Positions 13,001-26,900 of a stretch of DNA of 64,000 nt are shown here, piece after piece. How positions within the stretch are numbered: position 1 is the stretch's first letter; each line of letters opens with the position of its first letter. Origin of the DNA: Eledone cirrhosa (taxonomy: Eukaryota); assembly GCA_964016885.1 (NCBI GenBank), contig OZ024744.1, forward strand, positions 120,652,001 through 120,716,000, read 5' to 3'. Below the pieces are notes generated by a model. The model was not told the DNA's origin. It ran no database searches and was given only the letters and a program-made list of their open reading frames with translations. The position numbers and the translations under genes were made by a program.

Positions 13001-16000
13001 TCTTTCCTGAGAAATTCTAACCACATGTCATAGCATCAGAGCTGTGATATCTCAATTCAGAGATTCTTTCCTGAGATATTCTAACCACATGTCATAGTAT
13101 CAGAGCTGTGATCTCTCAATTCAGAGATTCTTTCCTGAGACATTCTAACCACATGTCATAGTATCAGAGCTGTGATCTCTTAATTTAGAGATTCTTTCAT
13201 GAGATATTCTAACCACATGTCATAGTATCAGAGCTGTGATCTCTCAATTCAGAGATTCTTTCCTGAGAAATTCTAACTGCATGTCTGTAGTATCGGAGCT
13301 GTGATCTCTCAATTCAAAGATTCTTTCCTGAGACATTCTAACCACATGTCATAGTATGGGTGCTGTGATCGCTCAATTCAGAGATTCTTTCCTGGGATAT
13401 TCTAACCACATGTCATAGTATCAGAGCTGTGAGCTCTCAATTCAGATATTCCTTCATGAGACATTCTAACCACACGTCATAGTATCAGAGCTGTGATCTC
13501 TCAATTCAGAGATTCTTTCCTGATACGTTCTAACCACATGTCATAGTATCAGAGCTGTGATCTCTCAATTCAGAGATTCTTTCCTGAGACATTCTAATCA
13601 CATCATAGTATCAGTGCTGTGATCTCTCAATTCAGAGATTCTTTCCTGAGACATTCTAACCACATCTCATAGTATCAGAGCTGTGATCTCTCAATTCAGA
13701 GATTCTTTCCTGAGATATGCTAACCACATGTCATAGTATCAGAACTGTCATCTCTCAATTCAGAGATTCTTTCCTGAGACTTTCTAACCACATGTCATAG
13801 TATCAGAGCTGTGATCTCTTAATTTAGAGATTCTTTCATGAGATATTCTAACCACATGTCATAGTATCAGAGCTGTGATCTGCCAATTCAGAGATCCTTT
13901 CCTGAGACATGCTAACCACATGTCATAGTATTAGAGCTGTGATCTCTCAATTCAGAGATTCTTTCCTGAGACATTCTAACCACATGTCATAGTATCAGAG
14001 CTGTGATATCTCAATTCAGAGATTCTTTCCTGAGATATTCTAACCACATGTCATAGTATCAGTGCTGTGATCTCTCAATTCAGAGATTCTTTCCTGAGAT
14101 ATTCTAACCACATGTCATAGTATCAGATCTGTGATCTCTCAATTCAGAGATTCTTTCTTGAGACATTCTAACTCCATGTCCACTGTATCAGAGCTGTGAA
14201 CTCTCAATTCAGAGATTCTTTCCTGAGACATTCTAACCACATGTCATAGTATCAGAGCTGTGATCTCTCAATTCAGATATTCTTTCCTGAGACATTCTAA
14301 CCACATGTCATAGGATCAGACTTGTGATCTCTCAATTCAGAGATTCTTTCCTGAGATATTCTAACCACATGTCATAGTATCAGTGCTGTGATCTCTCAAT
14401 TCAGAGATTCTTTCCTGAGATATTCTAACCACATGTCATAGTATCAGAGCTGTGATCTCTCAATTCAGAGATTCTTTCCTGAGACATTCTAACCACATGT
14501 CATAGTATTAGAGCTGTGATATCTCAATTCAGAGATTCTTTCCTGAGATATTCTAACCACATGTCATAGTATCAGATCTGTGATCTCTCAATTCAGAGAT
14601 TCTTTCTTGAGACATTCTAACTCCATGTCCACAGTATCAGAGCTGTGAACTCTCAATTCAGAGATTCTTTCCTGAGACATTCTAACCACATTTCATAGTA
14701 TCAGAGCTGTGATCTCTCAATTCAGAGATTCTTTCCTGAGACATTCTAACCACATTTCATAGTATCAGAGCTGTGATCTCTCAATTCAGAGATTCTTTTC
14801 TGAGACATTCTAACCACGTCATAGTATCAGAGCTGTGATATCTCAATTCAGAGATTCTTTCCTGAGACATTCTAACCCTATGTCTGTAGTATCAGAGCTG
14901 TATGCTCTCAATTCAGAGATTCTTTCCTGAGACATTCTAACCACATGTCATTGTATCAGAGCTGTGATCTCTCAATTCAGAGATTCTTTCCTGAGACATT
15001 CTAACCACATGTCATAGTATGAGAGCTGTGATCTCTCAATTCAGAGATTCTTTCCTCAGACATTCTAACCACATCACATAGTATCAGAGCTGTGATCTCT
15101 CAATTCAGAGATTCTTTCCTGAGACATTCGAACCACATGTCATAGCATCAGAGCTGTGATATCTCAATTCAGAGATTCTTTCCTGAGATATTCTAACCAC
15201 ATGTCATAGTATCAGAGCTGTGATCTCTCAATTCAGAGATTCTTTCCTGAGACATTCTAACCACATGTCATAGTATCAGAGCTGTGATCTCTTAATTTAG
15301 AGATTCTTTCATGAGATATTCTAACCACATGTCATAGTATCAGAGCTGTGATCTCTCAATTCAGAGATTCTTTCCTGAGAAATTCTAACTGCATGTCTGT
15401 AGTATCGGAGCTGTGATCTCTCAATTCAAAGATTCTTTCCTGAGACATTCTAACTCCAGGTCTACAGTATCAGAGCTGTGATCTCTAAATTCAGAGATTC
15501 TTTCCTGAGACATTCTAACCACATGTCATAGTATGGGTGCTGTGATCTCTCAATTCAGAGATTCTTTCCTGGGATATTCTAACCACATGTTATAGTATCA
15601 GAGCTGTGATCTCTAAATTCAGAGATTCTTTTCTGAGACATTCTAACCACGTCATAGTATCAGAGCTGTGATATCTCAATTCAGAGATTCTTTCATGAGA
15701 CATTCTAACCACATGTCATAGTATCAGAGCTGTGATCTCTCAATTTAGATATTCATTCCTGAGATATTCTAACCACATGTCATAGTATTAGAGCTGTGAT
15801 CTCTCAATTCAGAGATTCTTTCCTGAGACATTCTAACCCTATGTCTGTAGTATCAGAGCTGTATGCTCTCAATTCAGAGATTCTTTCCTGAGACATTCTA
15901 ACCACATGTCATTGTATCAGAGCTGTGATCTCTCAATTCAGAGATTCTTTCCTGAGACATTCTAACCACATGTCATAGTATGAGAGCTGTGATCTCTCAA

Positions 16001-19000
16001 TTCAGAGATTCTTTCCTGAGACATTCTAACCACATCACATAGTATCAGAGCTGTGATCTCTCAATTCAGAGATTCTTTCCTGAGACATTCGAACCACATG
16101 TCATAGCATCAGAGCTGTGATATCTCAATTCAGAGATTCTTTCCTGAGATATTCTAACCACATGTCATAGTATCAGAGCTGTGATCTCTCAATTCAGAGA
16201 TTCTTTCCTGAGACATTCTAACCACATGTCATAGTATCAGAGCTGTGATCTCTTAATTTAGAGATTCTTTCATGAGATATTCTAACCACATGTCATAGTA
16301 TCAGAGCTGTGATCTCTCAATTCAGAGATTCTTTCCTGAGAAATTCTAACTGCATGTCTGTAGTATCGGAGCTGTGATCTCTCAATTCAAAGATTCTTTC
16401 CTGAGACATTCTAACTCCAGGTCTACAGTATCAGAGCTGTGATCTCTCAATTCAGAGATTCTTTCCTGAGACATTCTAACCACATGTCATAGTATGGGTG
16501 CTGTGATCTCTCAATTCAGAGATTCTTTCCTGGGATATTCTAACCACATGTCATAGTATCAGAGCTGTGAGCTCTCAATTCAGATATTCCTTCATGAGAC
16601 ATTCTAACCACACGTCATAGTATCAGAGCTGTGATCTCTCAATTCAGAGATTCTTTCCTGAGACATTCTAAACACATGTCATAGTATCAGAGCTGTGAAC
16701 TCTAAATTCAGAGATTCTTTCCTGATACGTTCTAACCACATGTCATAGTATCAGAGCTGTGATCTCTCAATTCAGAGATTCTTTCCTGAGACATTCTAAC
16801 CACATCATAGTATCAGTGCTGTGATCTCTCAATTCAGAGATTCTTTCCTGAGACATTCTAACCACATCTCATAGTATCAGAGCTGTGATCTCTCAATTCA
16901 GAGATTCTTTCCTGAGATATGCTAACCACATGTCATAGTATCAGAACTGTCATCTCTCAATTCAGAGATTCTTTCCTGAGACTTTCTAACCACATGTCAT
17001 AGTATCAGAGCTGTGATCTCTTAATTTAGAGATTCTTTCATGAGATATTCTAACCACATGTCATAGTATCAGAGCTGTGATCTGCCAATTCAGAGATCCT
17101 TTCCTGAGACATGCTAACCACATGTCATAGTATTAGAGCTGTGATCTCTCAATTCAGAGATTCTTTCCTGAGACATTCTAACCACATGTCATAGTATCAG
17201 AGCTGTGATATCTCAATTCAGAGATTCTTTCCTGAGATATTCTAACCACATGTCATAGTATCAGTGCTGTGATCTCTCAATTCAGAGATTCTTTCCTGAG
17301 ATATTCTAACCACATGTCATAGTATCAGATCTGTGATCTCTCAATTCAGAGATTCTTTCTTGAGACATACTAACTCCATGTCCACTGTATCAGAGCTGTG
17401 AACTCTCAATTCAGAGATTCTTTCCTGAGACATTCTAACCACATGTCATAGCATCAGAGCTGTGATATCTCAATTCAGAGATTCTTTCCTGAGATATTCT
17501 AACCACATGTCATAGTATCAGAGCTGTGATCTCTCAATTCAGAGATTCTTTCCTGAGACATTCTAACCACATGTCATAGTATCAGAGCTGTGATCTCTTA
17601 ATTTAGAGATTCTTTCATGAGATATTCTAACCACATGTCATAGTATCAGAGCTGTGATCTCTCAATTCAGAGATTCTTTCCTGAGAAATTCTAACTGCAT
17701 GTCTGTAGTATCGGAGCTGTGATCTCTCAATTCAAAGATTCTTTCCTGAGACATTCTAACTCCAGGTCTACAGTATCAGAGCTGTGATCTCTCAATTCAG
17801 AGATTCTTTCCTGAGACATTCTAACCACATGTCATAGTATGGGTGCTGTGATCTCTCAATTCAGAGATTCTTTCCTGGGATATTCTAACCACATGTTATA
17901 GTATCAGAGCTGTGATCTCTAAATTCAGAGATTCTTTTCTGAGACATTCTAACCACCTCATAGTATCAGAGCTGTGATATCTCAATTCAGAGATTCTTTC
18001 ATGAGACATTCTAACCACATGTCATAGTATCAGAGCTGTGATCTCTCAATTTAGATATTCATTCCTGAGATATTCTAACCACATGTCATAGTATTAGAGC
18101 TGTGATCTCTCAATTCAGAGATTCTTTCCTGAGACATTCTAACCCTATGTCTGTAGTATCAGAGCTGTATGCTCTCAATTCAGAGATTCTTTCCTGAGAC
18201 ATTCTAACCACATGTCATTGTATCAGAGCTGTGATCTCTCAATTCAGAGATTCTTTCCTGAGACATTCTAACCACATGTCATAGTATGAGAGCTGTGATC
18301 TCTCAATTCAGAGATTCTTTCCTGAGACATTCTAACCACATCACATAGTATCAGAGCTGTGATCTCTCAATTCAGAGATTCTTTCCTGAGACATTCGAAC
18401 CACATGTCATAGCATCAGAGCTGTGATATCTCAATTCAGAGATTCTTTCCTGAGATATTCTAACCACATGTCATAGTATCAGAGCTGTGATCTCTCAATT
18501 CAGAGATTCTTTCCTGAGACATTCTAACCACATGTCATAGTATCAGAGCTGTGATCTCTTAATTTAGAGATTCTTTCATGAGATATTCTAACCACATGTC
18601 ATAGTATCAGAGCTGTGATCTCTCAATTCAGAGATTCTTTCCTGAGACATTCTAAACACATGTCATAGTATCAGAGCTGTGATCTCTCAATTCAGAGATT
18701 CTTTCCTGAGACATTCTAACCACATGTCATAGTATGGGTGCTGTGATCTCTCAATTCAGAGATTCTTTCCTGGGATATTCTAACCACATGTCATAGTATC
18801 AGAGCTGTGAGCTCTCAATTCAGATATTCCTTCATGAGACATTCTAACCACACGTCATAGTATCAGAGCTGTGATCTCTCAATTCAGAGATTCTTTCCTG
18901 AGACATTCTAAACACATGTCATAGTATCAGAGCTGTGAACTCTAAATTCAGAGATTCTTTCCTGATACGTTCTAACCACATGTCATAGTATCAGAGCTGT

Positions 19001-20900
19001 GATCTCTCAATTCAGAGATTCTTTCCTGAGACATTCTAACCACATCATAGTATCAGTGCTGTGATCTCTCAATTCAGAGATTCTTTCCTGAGACATTCTA
19101 ACCACATCTCATAGTATCAGAGCTGTGATCTCTCAATTCAGAGATTCTTTCCTGAGATATGCTAACCACATGTCATAGTATCAGAACTGTCATCTCTCAA
19201 TTCAGAGATTCTTTCCTGAGACTTTCTAACCACATGTCATAGTATCAGAGCTGTGATCTCTTAATTTAGAGATTCTTTCATGAGATATTCTAACCACATG
19301 TCATAGTATCAGAGCTGTGATCTGCCAATTCAGAGATCCTTTCCTGAGACATGCTAACCACATGTCATAGTATTAGAGCTGTGATCTCTCAATTCAGAGA
19401 TTCTTTCCTGAGACATTCTAACCACATGTCATAGTATGAGAGCTGTGATCTCTCAATTCAGAGATTCTTTCCTGAGACATTCTAACCACATCACATAGTA
19501 TCAGAGCTGTGATCTCTCAATTCAGAGATTCTTTCCTGAGACATTCGAACCACATGTCATAGCATCAGAGCTGTGATATCTCAATTCAGAGATTCTTTCC
19601 TGAGATATTCTAACCACATGTCATAGTATCAGAGCTGTGATCTCTCAATTCAGAGATTCTTTCCTGAGACATTCTAACCACATGTCATAGTATCAGAGCT
19701 GTGATCTCTTAATTTAGAGATTCTTTCATGAGATATTCTAACCACATGTCATAGTATCAGAGCTGTGATCTCTCAATTCAGAGATTCTTTCCTGAGAAAT
19801 TCTAACTGCATGTCTGTAGTATCGGAGCTGTGATCTCTCAATTCAAAGATTCTTTCCTGAGACATTCTAACTCCAGGTCTACAGTATCAGAGCTGTGATC
19901 TCTCAATTCAGAGATTCTTTCCTGAGACATTCTAACCACATGTCATAGTATGGGTGCTGTGATCTCTCAATTCAGAGATTCTTTCCTGGGATATTCTAAC
20001 CACATGTCATAGTATCAGAGCTGTGAGCTCTCAATTCAGATATTCCTTCATGAGACATTCTAACCACACGTCATAGTATCAGAGCTGTGATCTCTCAATT
20101 CAGAGATTCTTTCCTGAGACATTCTAAACACATGTCATAGTATCAGAGCTGTGAACTCTAAATTCAGAGATTCTTTCCTGATACGTTCTAACCACATGTC
20201 ATAGTATCAGAGCTGTGATCTCTCAATTCAGAGATTCTTTCCTGAGACATTCTAACCACATCATAGTATCAGTGCTGTGATCTCTCAATTCAGAGATTCT
20301 TTCCTGAGACATTCTAACCACATCTCATAGTATCAGAGCTGTGATCTCTCAATTCAGAGATTCTTTCCTGAGATATGCTAACCACATGTCATAGTATCAG
20401 AACTGTCATCTCTCAATTCAGAGATTCTTTCCTGAGACTTTCTAACCACATGTCATAGTATCAGAGCTGTGATCTCTTAATTTAGAGATTCTTTCATGAG
20501 ATATTCTAACCACATGTCATAGTATCAGAGCTGTGATCTGCCAATTCAGAGATCCTTTCCTGAGACATGCTAACCACATGTCATAGTATTAGAGCTGTGA
20601 TCTCTCAATTCAGAGATTCTTTCCTGAGACATTCTAACCACATGTCATAGTATCAGAGCTGTGATATCTCAATTCAGAGATTCTTTCCTGAGATATTCTA
20701 ACCACATGTCATAGTATCAGTGCTGTGATCTCTCAATTCAGAGATTCTTTCCTGAGATATTCTAACCACATGTCATAGTATCAGATCTGTGATCTCTCAA
20801 TTCAGAGATTCTTTCTTGAGACATTCTAACTCCATGTCCACTGTATCAGAGCTGTGAACTCTCAATTCAGAGATTCTTTCCTGAGACATTCTAACCACAT
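4100..20900. repeat. Sub-array A: irregular higher-order repeats sharing one set of marker monomers
   Basis: Marker TGCATGTCTG at 6041, 8472, 11674, 13278, 15390, 16351, 17696 and 19807 (one outlier at 23332). Marker TGCCAATTCAGAGATCC at 13881, 17083, 19323 and 20539. Marker CCAGAGATAT at 4361, 6857 and 9545. Boundaries are approximate. Confidence 0.8.
6471..6534. repeat. Representative consensus monomer (64 bp)
   Basis: Reads CTTTCCTGAGACATTCTAACCACATGTCATAGTATCAGAGCTGTGATCTCTCAATTCAGAGATT. It contains one site each for DdeI (CTGAG), PciI/NlaIII (ACATGT/CATG), AluI (AGCT), Sau3AI (GATC) and HinfI (GATTC). Confidence 0.97.
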
Positions 20901-23900
20901 GTCATAGGATCAGAGTTGTGATCTCTCAATTCAGAGATTCTTTCCTGAGATATGTTAACCACATATAATAGTATCAGAGCTGTCATCTCACAATTCAGAG
21001 ATTCTTTCCTGAGAAGTTCTAACCACATGTCATAATATCAGAGCTATGATCTCTCAATTCAGAGATTCTTTCCTGAAACATTCTAACCACATGTCTGTAG
21101 TATCAGATCTGTGATCTCTCAATTCAGAGATTCTTTCCTGATACATTCTAACCACATGTCATAGTATCAGAGCTGTGATCTTTCAATTCACAGATTCTTT
21201 CCTGAGACATTCTAACCACATGTCATAGTATCAGAAGTGTGATCTCTCAATTCAGAGATTCTTTCCTCAGACATTCTAACCACATTACATAGTATCAGAG
21301 CTGTGATCTCTCAATTCAGAGATTCTTTCCTCAGACATTCCAACTCCATGACCACAGTATCAGAGCTGTGAACTCTCAATTCAGAGATTCTTTCCTGAGA
21401 CATTCTAACCACACGTCACAGTATCAGAGCTGTGATCTCTCAGTTCAGAGATTCTTTCCTCAGACATTCTAACCACATCTCATAGTATCAGAGCTGTGAT
21501 CTCTCAATTCAGAGATTCTTTCCTGAGACATTCTAACCACATGTCATAGTATCAGAGCTGTGATCTCTCAATTCAGATATTCTTTCCTGAGACATTCTAA
21601 CCACACGTCATAGTATCAGAGCTGTGATCTCTCAATTTAGATATTCTTTCCTGAGATATTCTAACCACATGTCATAGTATCGGAGCTGTGATCTCTCAAT
21701 TCAGAGATTCTTTCCTGACTCATTCTAACCACATGTCATAGTATCAGAGCTGTGATCTCTCAATTCAGAGATTCTTTCCTGAGACATTCTAACCACATGT
21801 CATAGTATCAGGGCTATGATCTCTCAATTCAGAAATTCTTTCCTGAGACATTCTAACCACATCATAGTATCAGAGCTGTGATATCTCAATTCAGAGATTC
21901 TTTCATAAGACATTCTAACCACATGTCATAGTATCAGAGCTGTGATCTCTCAATTTAGATATTCTTTCCTGAGATATTCTAAACACATGTCATAGTATTA
22001 GAGCTGTGATCTCTCAATTCAGAGATTCTTTCCTGAGACATTCTAACCCTATGTCTGTAATATCAGAGCTGTATGCTCTCAATTCAGAGATTCTTTCCTG
22101 TGATATTCTAATGACATGTCATAGTATCAGAGCTGTGATCTCTCAATTCAGAGATTCTTTCCTGAGATATTCTAACCACATCTCATAGTATCAGAGCTGT
22201 GATCTCTCAATTAAGAGATTCTTTCCTGAGACATTCTAACCACATGTCATAGTATCAGAGCTGTGATATCTCCATTCAGAGATTCTTTCCTGAGATATTC
22301 TAACCACATGTCATAGTATCAGAGCTGTGATCTCTCAATTCAGAGATTCTTTCCTGAGACTTTCTAACCACATGTCATAGTAACAGAGCCGTGATCTCTC
22401 AATTCAGAGATTCTTTCCTGAGACATTCTAAGTCCATGTCCACAGTATCAGTGCTGTGATCTCTCAATTCAGAGATTCTTTCCTGAGACATTCTAACCAC
22501 ATGTCATAGTATCAGTGCTGTGATCTCTCAATTCAGAGATTCTTTCCTGAGATATTCTAACCACATGTCATAGTATCAGAGCTGTGATCTCTCAATTCAG
22601 ATATTCTTTCCTGAGACATTCTAACCACATGTCATAGGATCAGAGTTGTGATCTCTCAATTCAGAGATTCTTTCCTGAGATATTCTAACCACATGTCATA
22701 GTATCAGAGCTGTGATTTCTCAATTTAGATATTCTTTCCTGAGACATTCTAACCACATGTCATAATATCGGATCTGTGATATCTCAATTCAGAGATTCTT
22801 TCCTGAGACATTCTAACCACATGTCTGTAGTATCAGAGCTGTGATCTCTCAATTCAGAGATTCTTTCCTGAGACATTCTAAGTCCATGTCCACAGTATCA
22901 GTGCTGTGATCTCTCAATTCAGAGATTCTTTCCTGAGACATTCTAACCACATGTCATAGTATCAGTGCTGTGATCTCTCAATTCAGAGATTCTTTCCTGA
23001 GATATTCTAACCACATGTCATAGTATCAGAGCTGTGATCTCTCAATTCAGTGATTCTTTCCTGGGATATTCTAACCAGATGTCATAGTATCAGAGCTGTG
23101 ATCTCTCAACTCAGAGATTCTTTCCTGAGACATTCTAACCACATGTCATAGTATCAGAGCTGTGATCTCTCAATTAAGAGATTCTTTCCTGAGACATTCT
23201 AACCACATGTCATAGTATCAGAGCTGTGATCTCTTAATTTAGAGATTCTTTCATGAGATATTCTAACCACATGTCATAGTATCAGAGCTGTGATCTCTCA
23301 ATTCAGAGATTCTTTCCTGAGAAATTCTAACTGCATGTCTGTAGTATCGGAGCTGTGATCTCTCAATTCAAAGATTCTTTCCTGAGACATTCTAACTCCA
23401 GGTCTACAGTATCAGAGCTGTGATCTCTCAATTCAGAGATTCTTTCCTGAGACATTCTAACCACATGTCATAGTATGGGTGCTGTGATCTCTCAATTCAG
23501 AGATTCTTTCCTGAGACTTTCTAACCACATGTCATAGTATCAGAGCTGTGATCTCCCAATTCAGAGATTCTTTCCTGAGACATGTTAACCACATGTCATA
23601 GTATCAGAGCTGTGATCTCTCAATTTAGATATTCTTTCCTGAGACATTCTAACCACATGTCATAGTATCGGAGCTGTGATATCTCAATTCAGAGATTCTT
23701 TCCTGAGATATTCTAACTACATGTCATAGTATCAGATCTGTGATCTCTCAATACAGAGATTCTTTCTTGAGACATTCTAACTCCATGTCCACAGTATCAG
23801 AGCTGTGAACTCTCAATTCAGAGATTCTTTCCTGAGACATTCTAACCACATTTCATAGTATCAGATCTGTGATCTCTCAATTCAGAGATTCTTTCCTGAG

Positions 23901-26900
23901 ACATTCTAACCACATGTCATAGTATCAGAGCTGTGATCTTTCAATTCAGAGATTCTTTCCTGAGACATTCTAACCACATGTCATAGTATCAGAACTGTGA
24001 TCTCTCAATTCAGAGATTCTTTCCTCAGACATTCTAACCACATCTCATAGTATCAGAGCTGTGATCTCTCAATTTAGATATTCTTTCCTGAGATATTCTA
24101 AACACATGTCATAGTATTAGAGCTGTGATCTCTCAATTCAGAAATTCTTTCCTGAGACATTCTAACCACATCATAGTATCAGAGCTGTGATATCTCAATT
24201 CAGAGATTCTTTCATAAGACATTCTAACCACATGTCATAGTATCAGAGCTGTGATCTCTCAATTTAGATATTCTTTCCTGAGACATTCTAACCACATGTC
24301 ATAGTATCGGAGCTGTGATATCTCAATTCAGAGATTCTTTCCTGAGATATTCTAACTACATGTCATAGTATCAGATCTGTGATCTCTCAATACAGAGATT
24401 CTTTCTTGAGACATTCTAACTCCATGTCCACAGTATCAGAGCTGTGAACTCTCAATTCAGAGATTCTTTCCTGAGACAGTCTAACCACATTTCATAGTAT
24501 CAGATCTGTGATCTCTCAATTCAGAGATTCTTTCCTGAGACATTCTAACCACATGTCATAGTATCAGAGCTGTGATCTTTCAATTCAGAGATTCTTTCCT
24601 GAGACATTCTAACCACATGTCATAGTATCAGAACTGTGATCTCTCAATTCAGAGATTCTTTCCTCAGACATTCTAACCACATCTCATAGTATCAGAGCTG
24701 TGATCTCTCAATTCAGATATTCTTTCCTGAGATATTCTAACCACATGTCATAGTATCAGAGCTGTGATCTCTCAATTCAGAGATTCTTTCCTGAGACGTT
24801 CTAAGTCCATGTCCACAGTATCAGTGCTGTGATCTCTCAATTCAGAGATTCTTTCCTGAGACATTCTAACCACATGTCATAGTATCAGTGCTGTGATCTC
24901 TCAATTCAGAGATTCTTTCCTGAGATATTCTAACCACATGTCATAGTATCAGAGCTGTGATCTCTCAATTCAGTGATTCTTTCCTGGGATATTCTAACCA
25001 GATGTCATAGTATCAGAGCTGTGATCTCTCAACTCAGAGATTCTTTCCTGAGACGTTCTAACCACATGTCATAGTATTAGAGCTGTGATCTCTTAATTCA
25101 GAGATTCTTTCCTGAGACATTCTTACCACATGTCATATTATCAGAGCTGTGATCTCTCAATTTAGAGATTCTTTCCTGAGACATTCTAACCACATGTCAT
25201 AGTATCAGAGCTATGATATCTCAATTCAGAGATTCTTTCCTGAGACATTATAACCACATGTCATAGTATCAGAGCTGTGATTTCTCAATTTAGATATTCT
25301 TTCCTGAGACATTCTAACCACATGTCATAATATCGGAACTGTGATATCTCAATTCAGAGATTCTTTCCTGAGATATTCTAACCACATGTCATAGTATCAA
25401 TGCTGTGATCTCTCAATTCAGAGATTCTTTCCTGAGATATTCTAACCACATGTCTTAGTATCAGAGCTGTGATCTCTCAATTCAAAGATTCTTTCCTGAG
25501 ACATTCTAACCACAAGTCATAGTATCAGAGTTGTGATATCTCAATTGAGAGATTCTTTCCTGAGATATGTTAACCACATATCATAGTATCAGAGCTGTGA
25601 TCTCTCAATTCAGAGATTCTTTCCTGAGACGTTCTAACCACATGTCATAATATCAGAGCTATGATCTCTCAATTCAGAGATTCTTTCCTGAACATTCTAA
25701 CCACATGTCATAGTATCAGAGCTGTGATCTTTCAATTCAGAGATTCTTTCCTGAGACATTCTAACCACATGTCATAGTATCAGAACTGTGATCTCTCAAT
25801 TCAGAGATTCTTTCCTCAGACATTCTAACCACATCTCATAGTATCAGATCTGTGATATCTCAATTCAGAGATTCTTTCCTGATACATTCTAACCACATGT
25901 CATAGTATCAGATCTGTGATATCTCAATTCAGAGATTCTTTCTTGAGACATTCCAACTCCATGTCCACAGTATCAGAGCTGTGAACTCTCAATTCAGAGA
26001 TTCTTTCCTGAGACATTCTAACCACATGTCACAGTATCAGAGCTGTGATCGCTCAGTTCAGAGATTCTTTCCTCAGACATTCTAACCACATCTCATAGTA
26101 TCAGAGCTGTGATCTCTCAATTCAGAGATTCTTTCCTGAGACATTTTAACCACATGTCATAGTATCAGAGCTGTGATCTCTCAAATCAGATATTCTTTCC
26201 TGAGACATTCTAACCACATGTCATAATATCGGAACTGTGATATCTCAATTCAGAGATTCTTTCCTGAGATATTCTAACCACATGTCATAGTATCAATGCT
26301 GTGATCTCTCAATTCAGAGATTCTTTCCTGAGATATTCTAACCACATGTCTTAGTATCAGAGCTGTGATCTCTCAATTCAAAGATTCTTTCCTGAGACAT
26401 TCTAACCACAAGTCATAGTATCAGAGTTGTGATATCTCAATTGAGAGATTCTTTCCTGAGATATGTTAACCACATATCATAGTATCAGAGCTGTGATCTC
26501 TCAATTCAGAGATTCTTTCCTGAGACGTTCTAACCACATGTCATAATATCAGAGCTGTGATATCTCAATTGAGAGATTCTTTCCTGAGACATTCTAACCA
26601 CATGTCATAGTATCGGAACGGTGATATCTCAATTCAGATATTCTTTCCTGAGATATTCTAACCACATGTCATAGTATCAATGCTGTGATCTCTCAATTCA
26701 GAGATTCTTTCCTGAGATATTCTAACCACATGTCATAGTATCAGAGCTGTGATCTCTCAATTCAGAGATTCTTTCCTGAGACATTCTAACCACATGTCAT
26801 AGTATTAGAGCTGTGATATCTCAATTCAGAGATTCTTTCCTGAGATATTCTAACTACATGTCATAGTATCAGATCTGTGATCTCTCAATTCAGAGATTCT

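Noticed and set aside
22006-22188. 60-aa ORF (MISQFRDSFLRH...)
   Set aside because: It starts at the GTG of the repeat's CTGTGATC and spans about three monomers. It is open only because a 65-bp variant and a few substitutions remove stops. It has no domain resemblance and no expression signals.
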